DNA of 64,000 nt. It comes from an uncultured Actinomycetota bacterium. Lineage in GTDB: Bacteria > Actinomycetota > Actinomycetes > Propionibacteriales > Nocardioidaceae. Positions 1 through 11,154 of the stretch are shown piece by piece (the stretch's first letter is position 1; each line of letters starts with the position of its first letter). The stretch is taken from positions 15,049 through 79,048 of the forward strand of contig CAWFPE010000009.1 of assembly GCA_963817665.1 (NCBI GenBank), in the 5' to 3' direction. Below the pieces are notes generated by a model. That model worked only from the letters and a program-made list of their open reading frames with translations. It had not been told where the DNA came from and searched no databases. A program made the position numbers and the translations under genes.

Positions 1-1
1 C

Positions 2-547
2 TCACTCGGCCAGCACCTGTGCGGCCACCGCGGCCACGTGCCGGACGCTCCTCGCGTCGACGGCGCCGGTCATCGTCGCACGGTGCAGCAACGTCCCCAC
101 GACCAGGTCGAAGGCGAGCGTGGCCGCCTCGGTCGAGGTCTCCCACTGGCGGCCGAGGGCAGCCACGTAGGGGTCTCGCAGGCGGGCGCGCAGCTCGGCT
201 CGTAGCTCGGTGTCGTGGGCGCACTCGGCGTAGAGCCCGGTCAGCAGCCGGTGGACCTGGGGGTCGCGTACCTGCTCGGCGAGCCAACGGACGGCGTCCT
301 CCAGTGACCGCGGTTCCGGGAGGTCGCCGAGTGCGTCGACCAGGGCGGCCGCGGCCAGCTCGGTCTTGGTCGGCCACCGTCGGTACACCGTGGTCTTCGC
401 GACCCCAGCGGCGGCGGCGATCTGGTCGACGCTGGCGCCCGCGTACCCCCGGTCCCTGATGAGGGCGCGCGTCGCGGCGAGCACCTGGGCGCTCACGCCG
501 CTGCGTCGTGGCCGTCCCGGGCCGGTGCGTCCGACGTCACGTGTCAT
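2..547 (-). CDS. TetR/AcrR family transcriptional regulator
   Basis: HTH signature GASVDQIAAAAGVAKTTVYRRWPTK. ATG at 547-545 (MTRDVGR) chosen inside ORF 2..760. Divergent from the membrane gene. Confidence 0.85.
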   Translation of the reverse strand: MTRDVGRTGPGRPRRSGVSAQVLAATRALIRDRGYAGASVDQIAAAAGVAKTTVYRRWPTKTELAAAALVDALGDLPEPRSLEDAVRWLAEQVRDPQVHRLLTGLYAECAHDTELRAELRARLRDPYVAALGRQWETSTEAATLAFDLVVGTLLHRATMTGAVDARSVRHVAAVAAQVLAE

Positions 548-558
548 GCGGCCCAGCA

Positions 559-596
559 TAACGCTACGATGGATAGCGAAACTCGAAGTAGCGTTA
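559..596. promoter_or_regulatory. Candidate TetR operator: perfect 9-bp inverted repeat taacgctac/gtagcgtta with a 20-nt spacer
   Basis: Arms at 559-567 and 588-596. A third tagcg copy lies at 574-578. Sits in the 78-bp divergent intergenic region. Confidence 0.5.
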
Positions 597-625
597 ATGG
601 CGGCACGCCGCCAGGAGGAGGGGCC

Positions 626-1673
626 ATGGCACGCCAGTTCGTCACCGACATCACCGCAGAGTTCAAGGACGCCGTCTCGGCGCGCACGGTCGCGCTGGTG
701 GCGGGGGTGCTGCTGGTGCAGCTGGCGTTCATCGGTTCCTACGTCGGCGCGTTCCACCAACCGTCACCGCACGCGATCTCGCTCGCCGTGGCAGGACCGC
801 ACGCCGCCCGGGCCGCCGAGGGCCTCGCGGACCTGGACGGCTCGCCGCTCGACCCGGTCGTGGCCGACTCGCCGGCGTCCGCCCGGCGGCAGGTCGAGCG
901 GGGCGACGTGACCGCCGCGCTCGTCGTCTCCGGTTCCTCGAAGCAGGATGCCCTCTACGTTGCGTCCGGGGGCGGTGTCTCGCTCGCGACGGCCGTCGAG
1001 CAGGTGGTCGGCAAGGCCGAGGCTGCGCAAGGTCGCAGTGCGACGACCACCGACCTCGTGCCGCTCGCGGACGGCGACGCCCGGGGCCTGACCGGCTTCT
1101 ACCTCGTCATCGGCTGGCTGGTGGGCGGCTACCTGGTCGCCTCGATGCTGGGCGTGGCCCGCGGCGCGCGCCCGGCCACCCGTCGCCGGGCGCTCGTGCG
1201 CCTCGCCGCCCTCGTCCCGTACGCCGTGCTGTCGGGCCTGGGCGGGGCGCTCCTCGTCGGTCCCGTGCTCGACGCGCTCCCCGGGCACCTGCTGGCGCTG
1301 TGGGGTCTCGGCGTGCTGGTGGTCCTCTCGGCTGCCACCGTGACCGTCGCCCTCCAGGTGCTCTTCGGCACCCTCGGCATGGGCCTCACCGTGCTGCTGT
1401 TCGTGGTGCTCGGCAACCCGAGTGCCGGCGGTGCCTACCAGAGCCAGCTGCTGCCCACGCTGTGGCGAGCTCGTGGGCCAGTGGCTGCCCAACGGTGCGG
1501 GGACCACCGCGGTGCGCGACGTCGTCTACTTCGCCGGGGCGGGCATCGGGCGGGAGGTGCTCGTCGTCACGGTGTACGCCGTGCTGGGCACGGTCGTGGC
1601 CCTGGCCGCGGCACCTGCGACGACCCGTCCGCGCCACGCCGCCGCCCGCTCCGCGGGCCGGGCGGTCGGGTAG
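626..1673 (+). pseudogene. YhgE/Pip-like (DUF3533-type) integral membrane protein, frameshifted near 1466
   Basis: ATG 626 follows RBS aggaggagggg. The N-terminal part is in ORF 569..1705. The family-typical C-terminus GQWLPNGAGTTAVRDVVYFAG continues in ORF 1422..1673. Confidence 0.6.
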
Positions 1674-1675
1674 GA

Positions 1676-3399
1676 CTACTCCGCCGAGCGCACCCGGATT
1701 CCTGAGATCGGGACGGTGACGGCGCCGGAGGGGTCGGTGAAGAAGTCGTTGCCCTTGTCGTCGACCACGATGAAGGCGGGGAAGTCCTCGACCTCGATCT
1801 TCCAGACCGCCTCCATGCCGAGCTCCTCGTACTCCAGCACCGAGACCGACTTGATGCAGTCCTGGGCGAGACGGGCGGCGGGGCCGCCGATCGAGCCGAG
1901 GTAGAAGCCGCCGTGGGCCGCGCACGCCTCGGTGACCTGCTTGGAGCGGTTGCCCTTGGCGAGCATCACCATCGAGCCGCCCGCGGCCTGGAACGACTCG
2001 ACGTAGGAGTCCATCCGCCCGGCCGTGGTCGGCCCGAAGGAGCCCGACGCGTAGCCGGACGGGGTCTTCGCCGGGCCGGCGTAGTAGACCGCGTGGTCCT
2101 TGAGGTACTGCGGCATCTCCTCGCCCGCGTCCAGCCGTTCCTGGATCTTCGCGTGCGCGATGTCGCGGGCCACGACCAGCGGACCGGTCAGCGAGAGCCG
2201 GGTCTTGACGGGGTACTGCGACAGCGTCGCGAGGATCTCCGACATCGGCCGGTTCAGGTCGACCTTCACCGCCCCGTCGTCGCCCTCGACGGACAGCGCC
2301 TCGTCGGTCGTGTCCGGCAGGTACTTCGCGGGGTCGGTCTCGAGCTGCTCGAGGAAGACGCCCTCGGGCGTGATCTTGCCCAGCGCCTGCCGGTCGGCCG
2401 AGCAGGAGACCGCGATCGCGACCGGGCAGGACGCGCCGTGGCGAGGCAGTCGCACGACCCGGACGTCGTGGCAGAAGTACTTTCCGCCGAACTGCGCCCC
2501 GATCCCGAAGGACTGGGTCAGCTTGAAGACCTCCTCCTCCAGCTCGAGGTCGCGGAAGCCGTGGGCCGACATGGAGCCCTCGGTGGGCAGGTTGTCGAGG
2601 TAGTGCGCCGAGGCGTACTTCGCGGTCTTCAGCGCGTACTCCGCCGAGGTGCCGCCGATGACGACGGCGAGGTGGTACGGCGGGCACGCGGCGGTGCCGA
2701 GCGAGCGGATCTTCTCGTCGAGGAACGTCAGCATCCGCTTGGGGTTCAGGATCGCCTTCGTCTCCTGGAACAGGAACGACTTGTTGGCCGAGCCGCCGCC
2801 CTTGGCCATGAAGAGGAACTTGTACTCCGGCCGAGAATTTCCATCTGGTCCCGACGTCTGCGGGGTCGAGTAGATCTCGATCTGCGCCGGCAGGTTGGTG
2901 CCGGTGTTCTTCTCGTCGTACGTCGTGAGCGGCGCGAGCTGGGAGTAGCGCAGGTTGAGCCTGGTGTAGGCGTCGTAGACCCCGCGGGAGATCGCCTCGC
3001 CGTCGTCGGTGCCGGTGAGGACGCCCTCGGACTTCTTGCCCATCACGATCGCGGTGCCGGTGTCCTGGCACATCGGCAGCACTCCGCCGGCGGAGATGTT
3101 CACGTTCTTGAGCAGGTCGGGGCGACGAACCGGTCGTTGCCGGACGACTCGGGGTCGTCGATGATCTTGCGCAGCTGCGCAAGGTGCGCGGGGCGCAGGT
3201 AGTGCGCGATGTCGTGCATCGCCTCCGCGGTCAGCTGCTGGATCGCGTCGGGGGAGACCTTGAGGAACGTCTGCCCGTCCGCCTCGAAGGTGGAGACCCC
3301 CTCGGTCGTGACCAGGCGGTACGGCGTGTCGTCCTTGCCGGTCGGGAGGAGGTCGGAGTAGCGGAACTGCGGTTCATTGCGGGGAGGCTCGTTGCTCAC
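1676..3399 (-). pseudogene. Class I (Fe-S) fumarate hydratase, one frameshift near 3119-3122
   Basis: ORF 1676..3103 reads [23 protein letters not shown]. The N-terminus [14 protein letters not shown]...NDRFVA lies in ORF 3100..3834. Restoring one base in the gggg run gives about 574 aa. Confidence 0.85.
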
Positions 3400-3410
3400 G
3401 AGAGGCCAGA

Positions 3411-6326
3411 TTAGTCCAGCGCCCGGCGAGCTCCGGCCGCGGTCTTCTCGATCGCGCGCAGAAGGGGGACGTGCTCGCGAGCCTCTCGGGTCGCCCGGCG
3501 GAGCAGCTTCGTCGCGAGAGCGGCTTGCCGGGTGTCCATCGCCACCTGGGCCGCGCGCCACCGGCAGTACGCCGCGTCGTGCGGCCGGCCGGCCGCCTGC
3601 CACGCGGCGGCCGCGACAACCCAGTGCTCGACCGTCTCGCTGAGGCCGAGACGAGCCAGCTCTGCTTCCCAGGTCGCCCTCGCAACGCGATCGGAGGGCA
3701 CCGCGTTCTCTGCGAAGGGGTCCAGCGCGAGCCGCGAGACCGCAGCCCGGACATCGCGCTCGAGGATGCGACGTCCCTCCAACGAGGTGCGTTCGCGCGC
3801 GGCGAGGTCTGCCGCGGCCCTCGCGAGATGGCAAGCGAAGCAGCCGAGCTCGCCCGGCCCCTTGGACGGCTCGTCACCTGCCATGGCGAGCAGCCGGCGC
3901 AGCGCTCTGTCCGGCTGCTGCAGCCAGAGCTCGATCACAGCCAGGCAGTCTTGGAAGTGGAAGGAGAGCGGTCGGCAGTCCGGGTCTTCGGCGCGCTGGA
4001 GGACCAGTTCGCGCGCCTCGTCGCAGCGGCCATCGAGCATCGCGAGAGCCGCCCTCTCCAGGTCCAGCGGTCCAGTCAGGTGCTCGGGCAGCAGTTGCGC
4101 CTCCTCGGTGACCACGTCGAGGGCAGTCGCGGGTCGGCCCGCGCGCCGCCAGCCGGCTGAGACGTTGATCACCAGGGTGTGGCGCATGCCAATCAGGACG
4201 TGCCACGTGCGTGCCGACTCCAGTCCCGGGCGTGCCGCTTCGGCTACCTCCCCCGGCGGTCTGCACAGCATCAGCAGGGCGTCACTGTGCATCACCCCGA
4301 CGAAGACGTCACGCTGTGGTTCCGGCCCGTCCGGCCGGCGTCCGGTTGCGCTCGCCAGGTGCTGAAGTCCCTTCTCCGGATGACCGGTCACGATCTCCAG
4401 CCAGCCGAGCCTGGCCTCGAGGCCGCGGCGCAAAGGTGACCCCGGCAGCAGGGCGAGAGCCGCCTCGGCCTCGGCCAGCACCAACGCTGCCTCGTCCAGG
4501 CGACCGTGCCACTCCAAGGCAGTGGCCTTGAGATCGAGGGTGTGCACCAGCCCGTCGCTGACGGGAAGCGCGCGGTAGATGGCCGTTGCCTCGTCGAGCA
4601 GGGCGATGTCCGCGGCATTGTCGAACCGACCTGCGTAGAGAGCGGAGCGGCGCAGCAGGTCTGCCCGTTCCATCGGTGACAGGTCGTCCTCCGCGAGGGC
4701 TCGTTCGGTGATCCCCACCGCCACCTCGGTCGCTCCCGCCAGGTCAAGGCACTCCAGCGCTGCGGTGCGCACGTCGGAGCGGGTGGGCGCTGGATCGCCG
4801 ACCAGGGTGGTGTCGGCCGACAGCAGCGACAAGGCCCGGATCCAGTGGTCAGCGGCTTCCCGATGCGCGAGTCGGCCGGAGGCCGTGGACGCCGCGCGCA
4901 CCTGCCACGCCAGCTCCTCCGCGGGGCACTGGGCCGCGCGCCAGTGCGCTGCGACCTCGGCGGCATTCGAGTCGGGTCGCTCGGCGAGAGCCGTAGCCAG
5001 ACGTCGACTCGTCTCACTGGCCTCCGAGGGCAGGAGGCCGCGGCGCACCGCCTCGCCCAGTAGCGGGTGCCGCAGCTCGAAGCCGTGTGTCGCGGGTTCG
5101 GACAGCAGCCGCCGCTCGCGGAGGGTTCGCAAGGCACTCGCGGTCGCGTCGGGGGCGAGCCCGCCCGCCGCTGCGAGGAGGTGCTCGTCGAGGGCGCGGC
5201 CTGCGACCCCCAGCACCCGCACGGCGTCCCGGGCCGGACCGTCGAGACCGAGAAGTCGTCGATCGAGGAGCTGGGCGAGGGGCCCGGGCAGGTCCTCGCC
5301 CTCGTGTGCCGCGAGCTGCTCGGTGAAGAGCGGTTGGCCGTGGGTCCGGGCATGGATGCGCGCGGCGGCCGTCGGGTCCGGCATGGTGCCGAAGAGCAGT
5401 CGGAGCTGCTCCGCTGTCTCCTCAGGGTCGAGGACACCGAGCGTGACCACTGCGGTGCTGCTGAGTCGGCGCACCCGCAGCAGCCACTCGGTCCTGTACT
5501 CGGGGATCGTCGGATCGTCCGTGCGCCAGGTTCCGAGAATCGGGAAGCAGATGTGACCGGCGGTGAGGTGCTCGAGGAGATCCAGCGTGCTGGTGTCCGC
5601 CCAGTGCAGGTCCTCGACCAGGATCCCGAACGGACGGAGCCGTGCGAGAGCGGTCAGGGTCTCCTTCACTGCAGTGAAGAGGCGTTGACGGGCGAACCCG
5701 TCGACGGGGCCGGGGACGGCGGCGCCGAGACCGGGGAGCAGGGCCGCGAGCGCCGCCGGCACGTAGGCGGGCAGATCCGCCAGGGCCTCGCCGAGCCAGC
5801 TGCCGTCGCGGTGCTCGTGCATCGCGCTCAGCACCTCCACCAGTGGCAGCATCGGCGCCTCGCTGGACAGGGGAAGACAGTGCCCGGTGGGGACCAGCAC
5901 GTGGTCACGGACAGCGTCGGCTGCGGTGGTGACCAACGCGGTCTTGCCGATGCCGGCCTCGCCGGTGACGAGAAGAAGTCCGGTGCCGGTCTCGAGGTGG
6001 TGACGTACGGCGGCGAGCTCGTCGCGGCGCCCGGCGATGCGGGCCACCGACGCGGGCCGCTGACCGTCCGGCGTGCTGGCGGCGAGCCACAGGTCGTGGA
6101 AGTGGTCGGTGTCGCCGTGCAGGGCCTCGACGAGCAGCTCGAGGGTGCCCCAGGACGGCAGCCTGGGCGAGGAGAAGACGGCGGAGACGGTGGTGTGGCT
6201 GCAGCCGGCCTCACGGGCGAGGGCCCGGAGGCTGGGCCAGCCGGCGTGGTGGTGGAGGTCGTGGAGCGCGTCGATCAGGTCCCGCTGGCCTCCCGGCGGG
6301 ACGTCCGGTCTCGGCAGTGCCCCCAT
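3411..6326 (-). CDS. Large HTH / P-loop STAND-type ATPase / TPR-like regulatory protein
   Basis: N-terminal HTH-like [22 protein letters not shown]. Walker [14 protein letters not shown], then [16 protein letters not shown], then a long helical repeat tail. ATG 6326 is preceded by RBS gggagg. Confidence 0.75.
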   Translation of the reverse strand: MGALPRPDVPPGGQRDLIDALHDLHHHAGWPSLRALAREAGCSHTTVSAVFSSPRLPSWGTLELLVEALHGDTDHFHDLWLAASTPDGQRPASVARIAGRRDELAAVRHHLETGTGLLLVTGEAGIGKTALVTTAADAVRDHVLVPTGHCLPLSSEAPMLPLVEVLSAMHEHRDGSWLGEALADLPAYVPAALAALLPGLGAAVPGPVDGFARQRLFTAVKETLTALARLRPFGILVEDLHWADTSTLDLLEHLTAGHICFPILGTWRTDDPTIPEYRTEWLLRVRRLSSTAVVTLGVLDPEETAEQLRLLFGTMPDPTAAARIHARTHGQPLFTEQLAAHEGEDLPGPLAQLLDRRLLGLDGPARDAVRVLGVAGRALDEHLLAAAGGLAPDATASALRTLRERRLLSEPATHGFELRHPLLGEAVRRGLLPSEASETSRRLATALAERPDSNAAEVAAHWRAAQCPAEELAWQVRAASTASGRLAHREAADHWIRALSLLSADTTLVGDPAPTRSDVRTAALECLDLAGATEVAVGITERALAEDDLSPMERADLLRRSALYAGRFDNAADIALLDEATAIYRALPVSDGLVHTLDLKATALEWHGRLDEAALVLAEAEAALALLPGSPLRRGLEARLGWLEIVTGHPEKGLQHLASATGRRPDGPEPQRDVFVGVMHSDALLMLCRPPGEVAEAARPGLESARTWHVLIGMRHTLVINVSAGWRRAGRPATALDVVTEEAQLLPEHLTGPLDLERAALAMLDGRCDEARELVLQRAEDPDCRPLSFHFQDCLAVIELWLQQPDRALRRLLAMAGDEPSKGPGELGCFACHLARAAADLAARERTSLEGRRILERDVRAAVSRLALDPFAENAVPSDRVARATWEAELARLGLSETVEHWVVAAAAWQAAGRPHDAAYCRWRAAQVAMDTRQAALATKLLRRATREAREHVPLLRAIEKTAAGARRALD

Positions 6327-6492
6327 GTGACCTCCCGCGCCAGGCACGACGCTGCGTCCTCAGGATGCGTGGTAGCGACCCGGGCTGTCCATCGAGATGT
6401 CGGTTGTCCAGTTCTGTCAGCTGCCGTCAACCGGGGTGCGCGCGGCCCGAGCGTGGAGGTGTTCCACCCACCCGCCAACGAAGGACACCGTC

Positions 6493-6930
6493 ATGAACAC
6501 CACCACCATCCAGAGCCGAGCCGGTCGCTGGGCGACCGTCGCCGTCGTCGCCGGGATCGCCGGCTTCCCGTCGGCAGCGATCGCCGGGCCGCAGCCGGTC
6601 GCCGACATTCACACGGTCCGCACGGACGACCGTCCGAGCTCGACCATCGACGACGAGTACCGCAAGATCCAGTCCCGGCCCTCTGGCGCGAGCGCCGCGA
6701 GCGAGGGGCGACCGTGCTTCATCATCCAGTCGCACTGGAACGTCGCGTACGACGGCTTCGTGCCGGTGTGCGGCGGTCCGGAGCAGACGATCGCCCAGCA
6801 GGACGTCGCCGAGCAGACCGGCTGCCCGCCACCCATCGACCCGCGCCACGTCGGAGTGCCCTGGGTCTCATCGGTGAGGACCGGCTGCGACAACCGCGAC
6901 CGCCGGTGGGTCGACATCGCCGACCGATGA
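6493..6930 (+). CDS. Small secreted Cys-containing hypothetical protein
   Basis: MNTTTIQSRAGRWATVAVVAGIAGFPSAAIA looks like a signal peptide. Four Cys in the mature part. RBS gaagga. High GC3. Confidence 0.55.
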   Translation: MNTTTIQSRAGRWATVAVVAGIAGFPSAAIAGPQPVADIHTVRTDDRPSSTIDDEYRKIQSRPSGASAASEGRPCFIIQSHWNVAYDGFVPVCGGPEQTIAQQDVAEQTGCPPPIDPRHVGVPWVSSVRTGCDNRDRRWVDIADR

Positions 6931-6934
6931 CGGC

Positions 6935-7072
6935 TCACCTGCCGGGCCGGGACGTCGCCTCCCGAATCGCCTCGAGGAGGGGGACGTGCTCGCGGGCGTC
7001 CCGGCCGGCACCGGCCTCCGGCGTGCTGGCGGCGAGCCAGAGGTCGCGGAACTGCCGGGTCTCGCCGCCCAT
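6935..7072 (-). pseudogene. 45-codon fossil of a paralogue of the STAND ATPase, with internal deletions
   Basis: Translates [45 protein letters not shown]. 7017-7039 is identical to 6067-6089. 6979-6994 (gggggacgtgctcgcg) matches the 3-prime end of the full gene at about 3465-3480. Confidence 0.6.
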
Positions 7073-7287
7073 CGCCTCCAGGTCTCAGGATGCGGTTCGG
7101 GGCGATCGCCTGTCCATGGCGAAAGGGACCTGCCGCGCATAGCCGGTGACCGCGTCCGCTGCCCCGGAGCGCACCCAGCGTTCATCGGTGGTCCCCCTCG
7201 AGGCCATCTGGGAGTAGGTTCCCAGCAGCACCATCCGGCGATGTTCCGCCTCGGCAGCACCCCGAGCGCCCGAAAGCAGGAGGTTCC

Positions 7288-8400
7288 GTGAAGGTCCGTA
7301 CCGTGTTCGTCTCTGTCGTGGCCATGGCCACGACGGCCGCCCTGGCCGCATGCTCACCCCCGTCCAACGACAACTCCAGCAAGAGCGATGCTGCTTCCGC
7401 GACCTCGCTCGCGGACTTCGGCAGCATGGAGGACCTGGTCTCGGCTGCCCAGGACGAGGGGGAGCTCAACGTCATCGCGCTCCCGCCCGACTGGGCCAAC
7501 TACGGCAACATCATCAAGGCCTTCGAGGACAAGTACGACATCAAGGTCAACTCCGACCAGCCCGACGCGGCCAGCCAGGACGAGATCAACGCCGCCAAGC
7601 AGCTCGACGGCACCGACCGGGCTCCCGACGTCTTCGACCTGGGCCAGTCCGTGGCCCTGGCGAACACCGGCCTGTTCGCGCCGTACCAGGTCAGCACCTG
7701 GGCCGAGATCCCGGACGACTTCAAGGACCCCGACGGCACCTGGGTCAACGACTACGGCGGCTTCATGTCGGTGGGCTACGACTCGAGCAAGGTCCCGGAC
7801 GTGACGTCGATGGACGACCTGCTCGGCTCCGACTTCAAGGGCAAGGTCGCCCTCAACGGTGACCCGACCCAGGCGGGTGCCGCGTTCAGCGGTGTCGTGA
7901 TGGCCTCGGTCGCCAACGGCGGGTCCGCCGACGACATCGCGCCCGGCGTCGACTACTTCAAGAAGCTCAAGGACGCCGGCAACTTCATCCCGGTCGACCC
8001 CACCTCCGCGACGATCGAGTCCGGGCAGACCCCGGTGGTCATCGACTGGGACTACCTGAACGCGGCCGAGTCGGCGAAGCTCGACAACTGGAAGGTCTAC
8101 GTGCCGAAGGAGGCGCCGATCGCCGGCTACTACTTCCAGGCGATCAACGACGGCGCGCCGCACCCGGCTGCGGCCCGCCTGTGGGAGGAGTTCCTCTACA
8201 GCGACGAGGGCCAGAACCTCTGGCTCGCGGGCGGCGCCCGACCGGTGCGTGCCGACGCGATGGTCGAGGCCGGGACGATCGACAAGGCGAAGTACGACGC
8301 CCTGCCGGAGGTCTCGGGCAAGCCGATCATCCCGACCAACGCGCAGACCGAGAAGATGGCCGCCTACCTGGCGGACAACTGGGCCAAGGCAGTCGGCTGA
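7288..8400 (+). CDS. ABC transporter substrate-binding lipoprotein (PotD/AfuA-like solute-binding family)
   Basis: GTG start after ggagg. Lipobox ALAAC. Family-1 solute-binding-like sequence. Confidence 0.8.
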   Translation: MKVRTVFVSVVAMATTAALAACSPPSNDNSSKSDAASATSLADFGSMEDLVSAAQDEGELNVIALPPDWANYGNIIKAFEDKYDIKVNSDQPDAASQDEINAAKQLDGTDRAPDVFDLGQSVALANTGLFAPYQVSTWAEIPDDFKDPDGTWVNDYGGFMSVGYDSSKVPDVTSMDDLLGSDFKGKVALNGDPTQAGAAFSGVVMASVANGGSADDIAPGVDYFKKLKDAGNFIPVDPTSATIESGQTPVVIDWDYLNAAESAKLDNWKVYVPKEAPIAGYYFQAINDGAPHPAAARLWEEFLYSDEGQNLWLAGGARPVRADAMVEAGTIDKAKYDALPEVSGKPIIPTNAQTEKMAAYLADNWAKAVG

Positions 8401-8414
8401 CCACGCTGGCACCG

Positions 8415-9302
8415 GTGTCGGCTGCCACGGCGACACCACCCGAGCCGAAGGGCCGGCGCCTCCGCGTCGGCCCCTCGGCCGGCCTGCTCCCGTTCCTCGT
8501 CTACGTCCTGGTCTTCCTGCTGATCCCGACGATCACCGTCGCGGTCGGCGCCTTCCAGGGCGACGGCGGCGGCTTCTCGACGGAGAAGGTCCAGGCGCTC
8601 TGGTCCGACACCGCGTTGCGCGCGCTGCGCCAGAGCCTGGTGCTGTCGTTCGCCTCGGCCGCCGTGGGGGCCGTCCTCGGCGCCCTGCTGGCCTACCTCG
8701 TCGTCGTCGCGCCGCCGAAGAGCATCATGCGCCGGGCGATCACCGCCGTGTGCGGCGTGCTGGCGCAGTTCGGCGGGGTCACGCTGGCGTTCGCGTGGAT
8801 CGCGACGCTCGGCTTCGGAGGGCTGCTGACCAACCTGCTCGCCGACGCCTTCGGCGTCGACGCCACCGGCTCCGGCTGGCTCTACCAGCTCCCGGGCCTG
8901 ATCCTCGTCTACACCTACTTCCAGATCCCGCTGATGGTGATCGTGTTCCTGCCGGCGCTGGAGGGCCTCCGGCCGCAGTGGCGGGAGGCGGCGGTCAACC
9001 TCGGCGCCTCGACGCGCCAGTACTGGCTGCAGGTCGCCTTCCCGCTGCTGCGCCCGGCGTTCCTGGGCTCGGCCCTGCTGCTGTTCGCCAACGCGTTCGC
9101 GGCGTACGCCACCGCGGCCGCGCTGGTCAGCCAGGGGGCGCCGATCACGCCGCTGCTGATCCGGGCGGCCCTGACCAGCGAGGTGGTGCTGGGCCAGGCC
9201 AACTTCGGCTACGCGCTCGCGCTGGAGATGGTGGTGGTCGTGGCGGTCGTGATGACCCTCTACGCCTGGCTGCTGCGGCGTACGTCGAGGTGGCTGCGGT
9301 GA
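8415..9302 (+). CDS. ABC transporter permease
   Basis: Multi-span hydrophobic protein with an EAA-like loop (REAAVNLGAS). GTG 8415 lies in the frame of ORF 8181..9302. Confidence 0.8.
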   Translation: MSAATATPPEPKGRRLRVGPSAGLLPFLVYVLVFLLIPTITVAVGAFQGDGGGFSTEKVQALWSDTALRALRQSLVLSFASAAVGAVLGALLAYLVVVAPPKSIMRRAITAVCGVLAQFGGVTLAFAWIATLGFGGLLTNLLADAFGVDATGSGWLYQLPGLILVYTYFQIPLMVIVFLPALEGLRPQWREAAVNLGASTRQYWLQVAFPLLRPAFLGSALLLFANAFAAYATAAALVSQGAPITPLLIRAALTSEVVLGQANFGYALALEMVVVVAVVMTLYAWLLRRTSRWLR

Positions 9303-9323
9303 CCGGGTCGGCGCCCTGGCGCG

Positions 9324-10082
9324 GTGCTGCGGTGGTTGCTCCTGCTGCTGTTCGCGGCCTTCTTCCTGCTGCCGCTGGTCGCCCTGCTCGACTTCAGCAC
9401 CAAGGTGCCGGGCACCGGCGAACGCACCGGGGACGCCTGGCAGGCACTGGCCCAGGACCCGACGATGACCGAGGGGATCACCACCTCGCTCCAGCTCGCG
9501 CTGCTGACCGTGGTCGGCATGGTGGTGCTGCTGGTGCCGACGATGATCTGGGTGCGGCTGCGGGTGCCCCTGGCCTCCCGCCTGGTGGAGTTCCTCTGCC
9601 TGCTGCCGTTGACCATCCCGCCGCTGGTGATCGTGGTCGGCATCAAGAACGTCTACGCATGGGTCAACTACCTGGTGGGTGACTCGCCGCTGACGCTGGC
9701 GTTCGTGTACGTCGTGCTGGTGCTGCCCTACTCCTATCGCGCGATCGACGCCGCGCTCGGCGGGCTCGACGTACGGACCCTGGCCGAGGCGGCCCGGTCC
9801 CTGGGAGCCGGGTGGGCCACCGTCATCACGCGGGTCATCGTCCCGAACATCTGGGCGGGGATCCTCGCGGCGTCGTTCGTCTCGGTGGCGCTGGTGCTGG
9901 GGGAGTACACCGTCTCCTCGCTGCTGCACTACGACACGCTGCCGGTGGTCATCGTGCTGCTCAGCAAGAGCAACGCGCCGGAGTCCATGGCCGCGGCCCT
10001 CGCGTCGATCCTGTTCGCCGCTCTCCTGCTGGTGGCGCTGTCGTTCCTCGACCGCCGCCGTCGCACGTCCGAAGGGAAGTAG
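9324..10082 (+). CDS. ABC transporter permease
   Basis: Hydrophobic, with an EAA-like AEAARSLGAGW loop. Same operon. Confidence 0.8.
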   Translation: MLRWLLLLLFAAFFLLPLVALLDFSTKVPGTGERTGDAWQALAQDPTMTEGITTSLQLALLTVVGMVVLLVPTMIWVRLRVPLASRLVEFLCLLPLTIPPLVIVVGIKNVYAWVNYLVGDSPLTLAFVYVVLVLPYSYRAIDAALGGLDVRTLAEAARSLGAGWATVITRVIVPNIWAGILAASFVSVALVLGEYTVSSLLHYDTLPVVIVLLSKSNAPESMAAALASILFAALLLVALSFLDRRRRTSEGK

Positions 10083-11154
10083 ATGACCAACGCAGCCAGC
10101 GGGCCGCTCCACGGCTCCACGGAGGGAGTCGCCGTCGAGATGAGCGGGGCTCCGCCGCTCCTACGGCGACGTGCACGCCCTGGACGGTCTCGACCTCCAC
10201 CTCGAGCCGGGGGAGCTGGTCGTGCTGCTCGGCCCCTCGGGCTGCGGCAAGACCACGGCGCTGCGCATCCTCGCCGGGCTGGAGACCCAGGACGCGGGCA
10301 CGATCCGGGTCGGGGGCCGGGACCTGTCGCACGTGTCGGCCAACAAGCGCGACATGGGGATGGTGTTCCAGGCCTACAGCCTGTTCCCGCACCTCACGGT
10401 GCTCGACAACGTCGCCTTCGGGCTCAAGCTCCGTGGACGGTCGCGCTCGGAGCGGCGGACCCGGGCCGGCGACATGCTCGAGCTGGTGGGCCTCGGGGCC
10501 CAGAAGGACCGGTACGCCACCCAGCTGTCCGGCGGCCAGCAGCAGCGGGTGGCGCTGGCGCGTGCGCTCGCGATCGAACCCTCCGTGCTGCTGCTCGACG
10601 AGCCGCTCTCGGCCCTCGACGCCAAGGTGCGGGTGCAGCTGCGCGAGGAGATCCGGCGGGTCCAGCGCGACGTGGGCACCACGACGCTCTTCGTCACCCA
10701 CGACCAGGAGGAGGCGCTGGCGGTGGCCGACCGGGTCGGGGTGATGAACGCCGGGCGGCTGGACCAGATCGCGACCCCGACCGAGCTCTACTCCGCGCCG
10801 GCCACCTCCTTCGTCGGCGAGTTCGTGGGTCTCAGCAACCGGCTCCCGGCCCGGGTCGAGGGGGAGACCGCCGAGGTGCTCGGCACCCGGATGCCGGTGC
10901 TGGCCGGCTCCGCGACCGGTGCCGGCCTGGCCCTGGTGCGGCCCGAGGCGGTGTCGTTCGCACCCGATGCGGGGGGTGACGCGCAGGTCGTCGGCATCTC
11001 GTTCCTCGGCCCCGTCTCCCGCGCCACGGCGGCGCTGGCGGACGGCACCGAGGTGCTCGCCCAGCTCACCAGCAGCGCCGGTCACGAGCTGCGGGTCGGT
11101 GACCGGGTGCGGGTCCAGGTCGAGCCCAGGCCGGTGCTGGTCGTCGGTCCCTGA
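10083..11154 (+). pseudogene. ABC transporter ATP-binding protein (PotA/FbpC-like), frameshift at 10146-10149
   Basis: Walker A GPSGCGKTT, signature LSGGQQQRVALARAL, Walker B LLLDEP. The ATG 10083 N-terminus is in another frame and rejoins at YGDVHALDG. Confidence 0.8.

Noticed and set aside
1386-10112. Long overlapping or antisense ORFs (for example 1386..3182, 1913..3202, 5067..7142, 7354..8439, 8364..10112, 8249..9682)
   Set aside because: They overlap genes with clear family signatures and translate to Arg/Pro/Gly/His-rich low-complexity sequence. This is the expected shadow-ORF pattern in 70% GC DNA.
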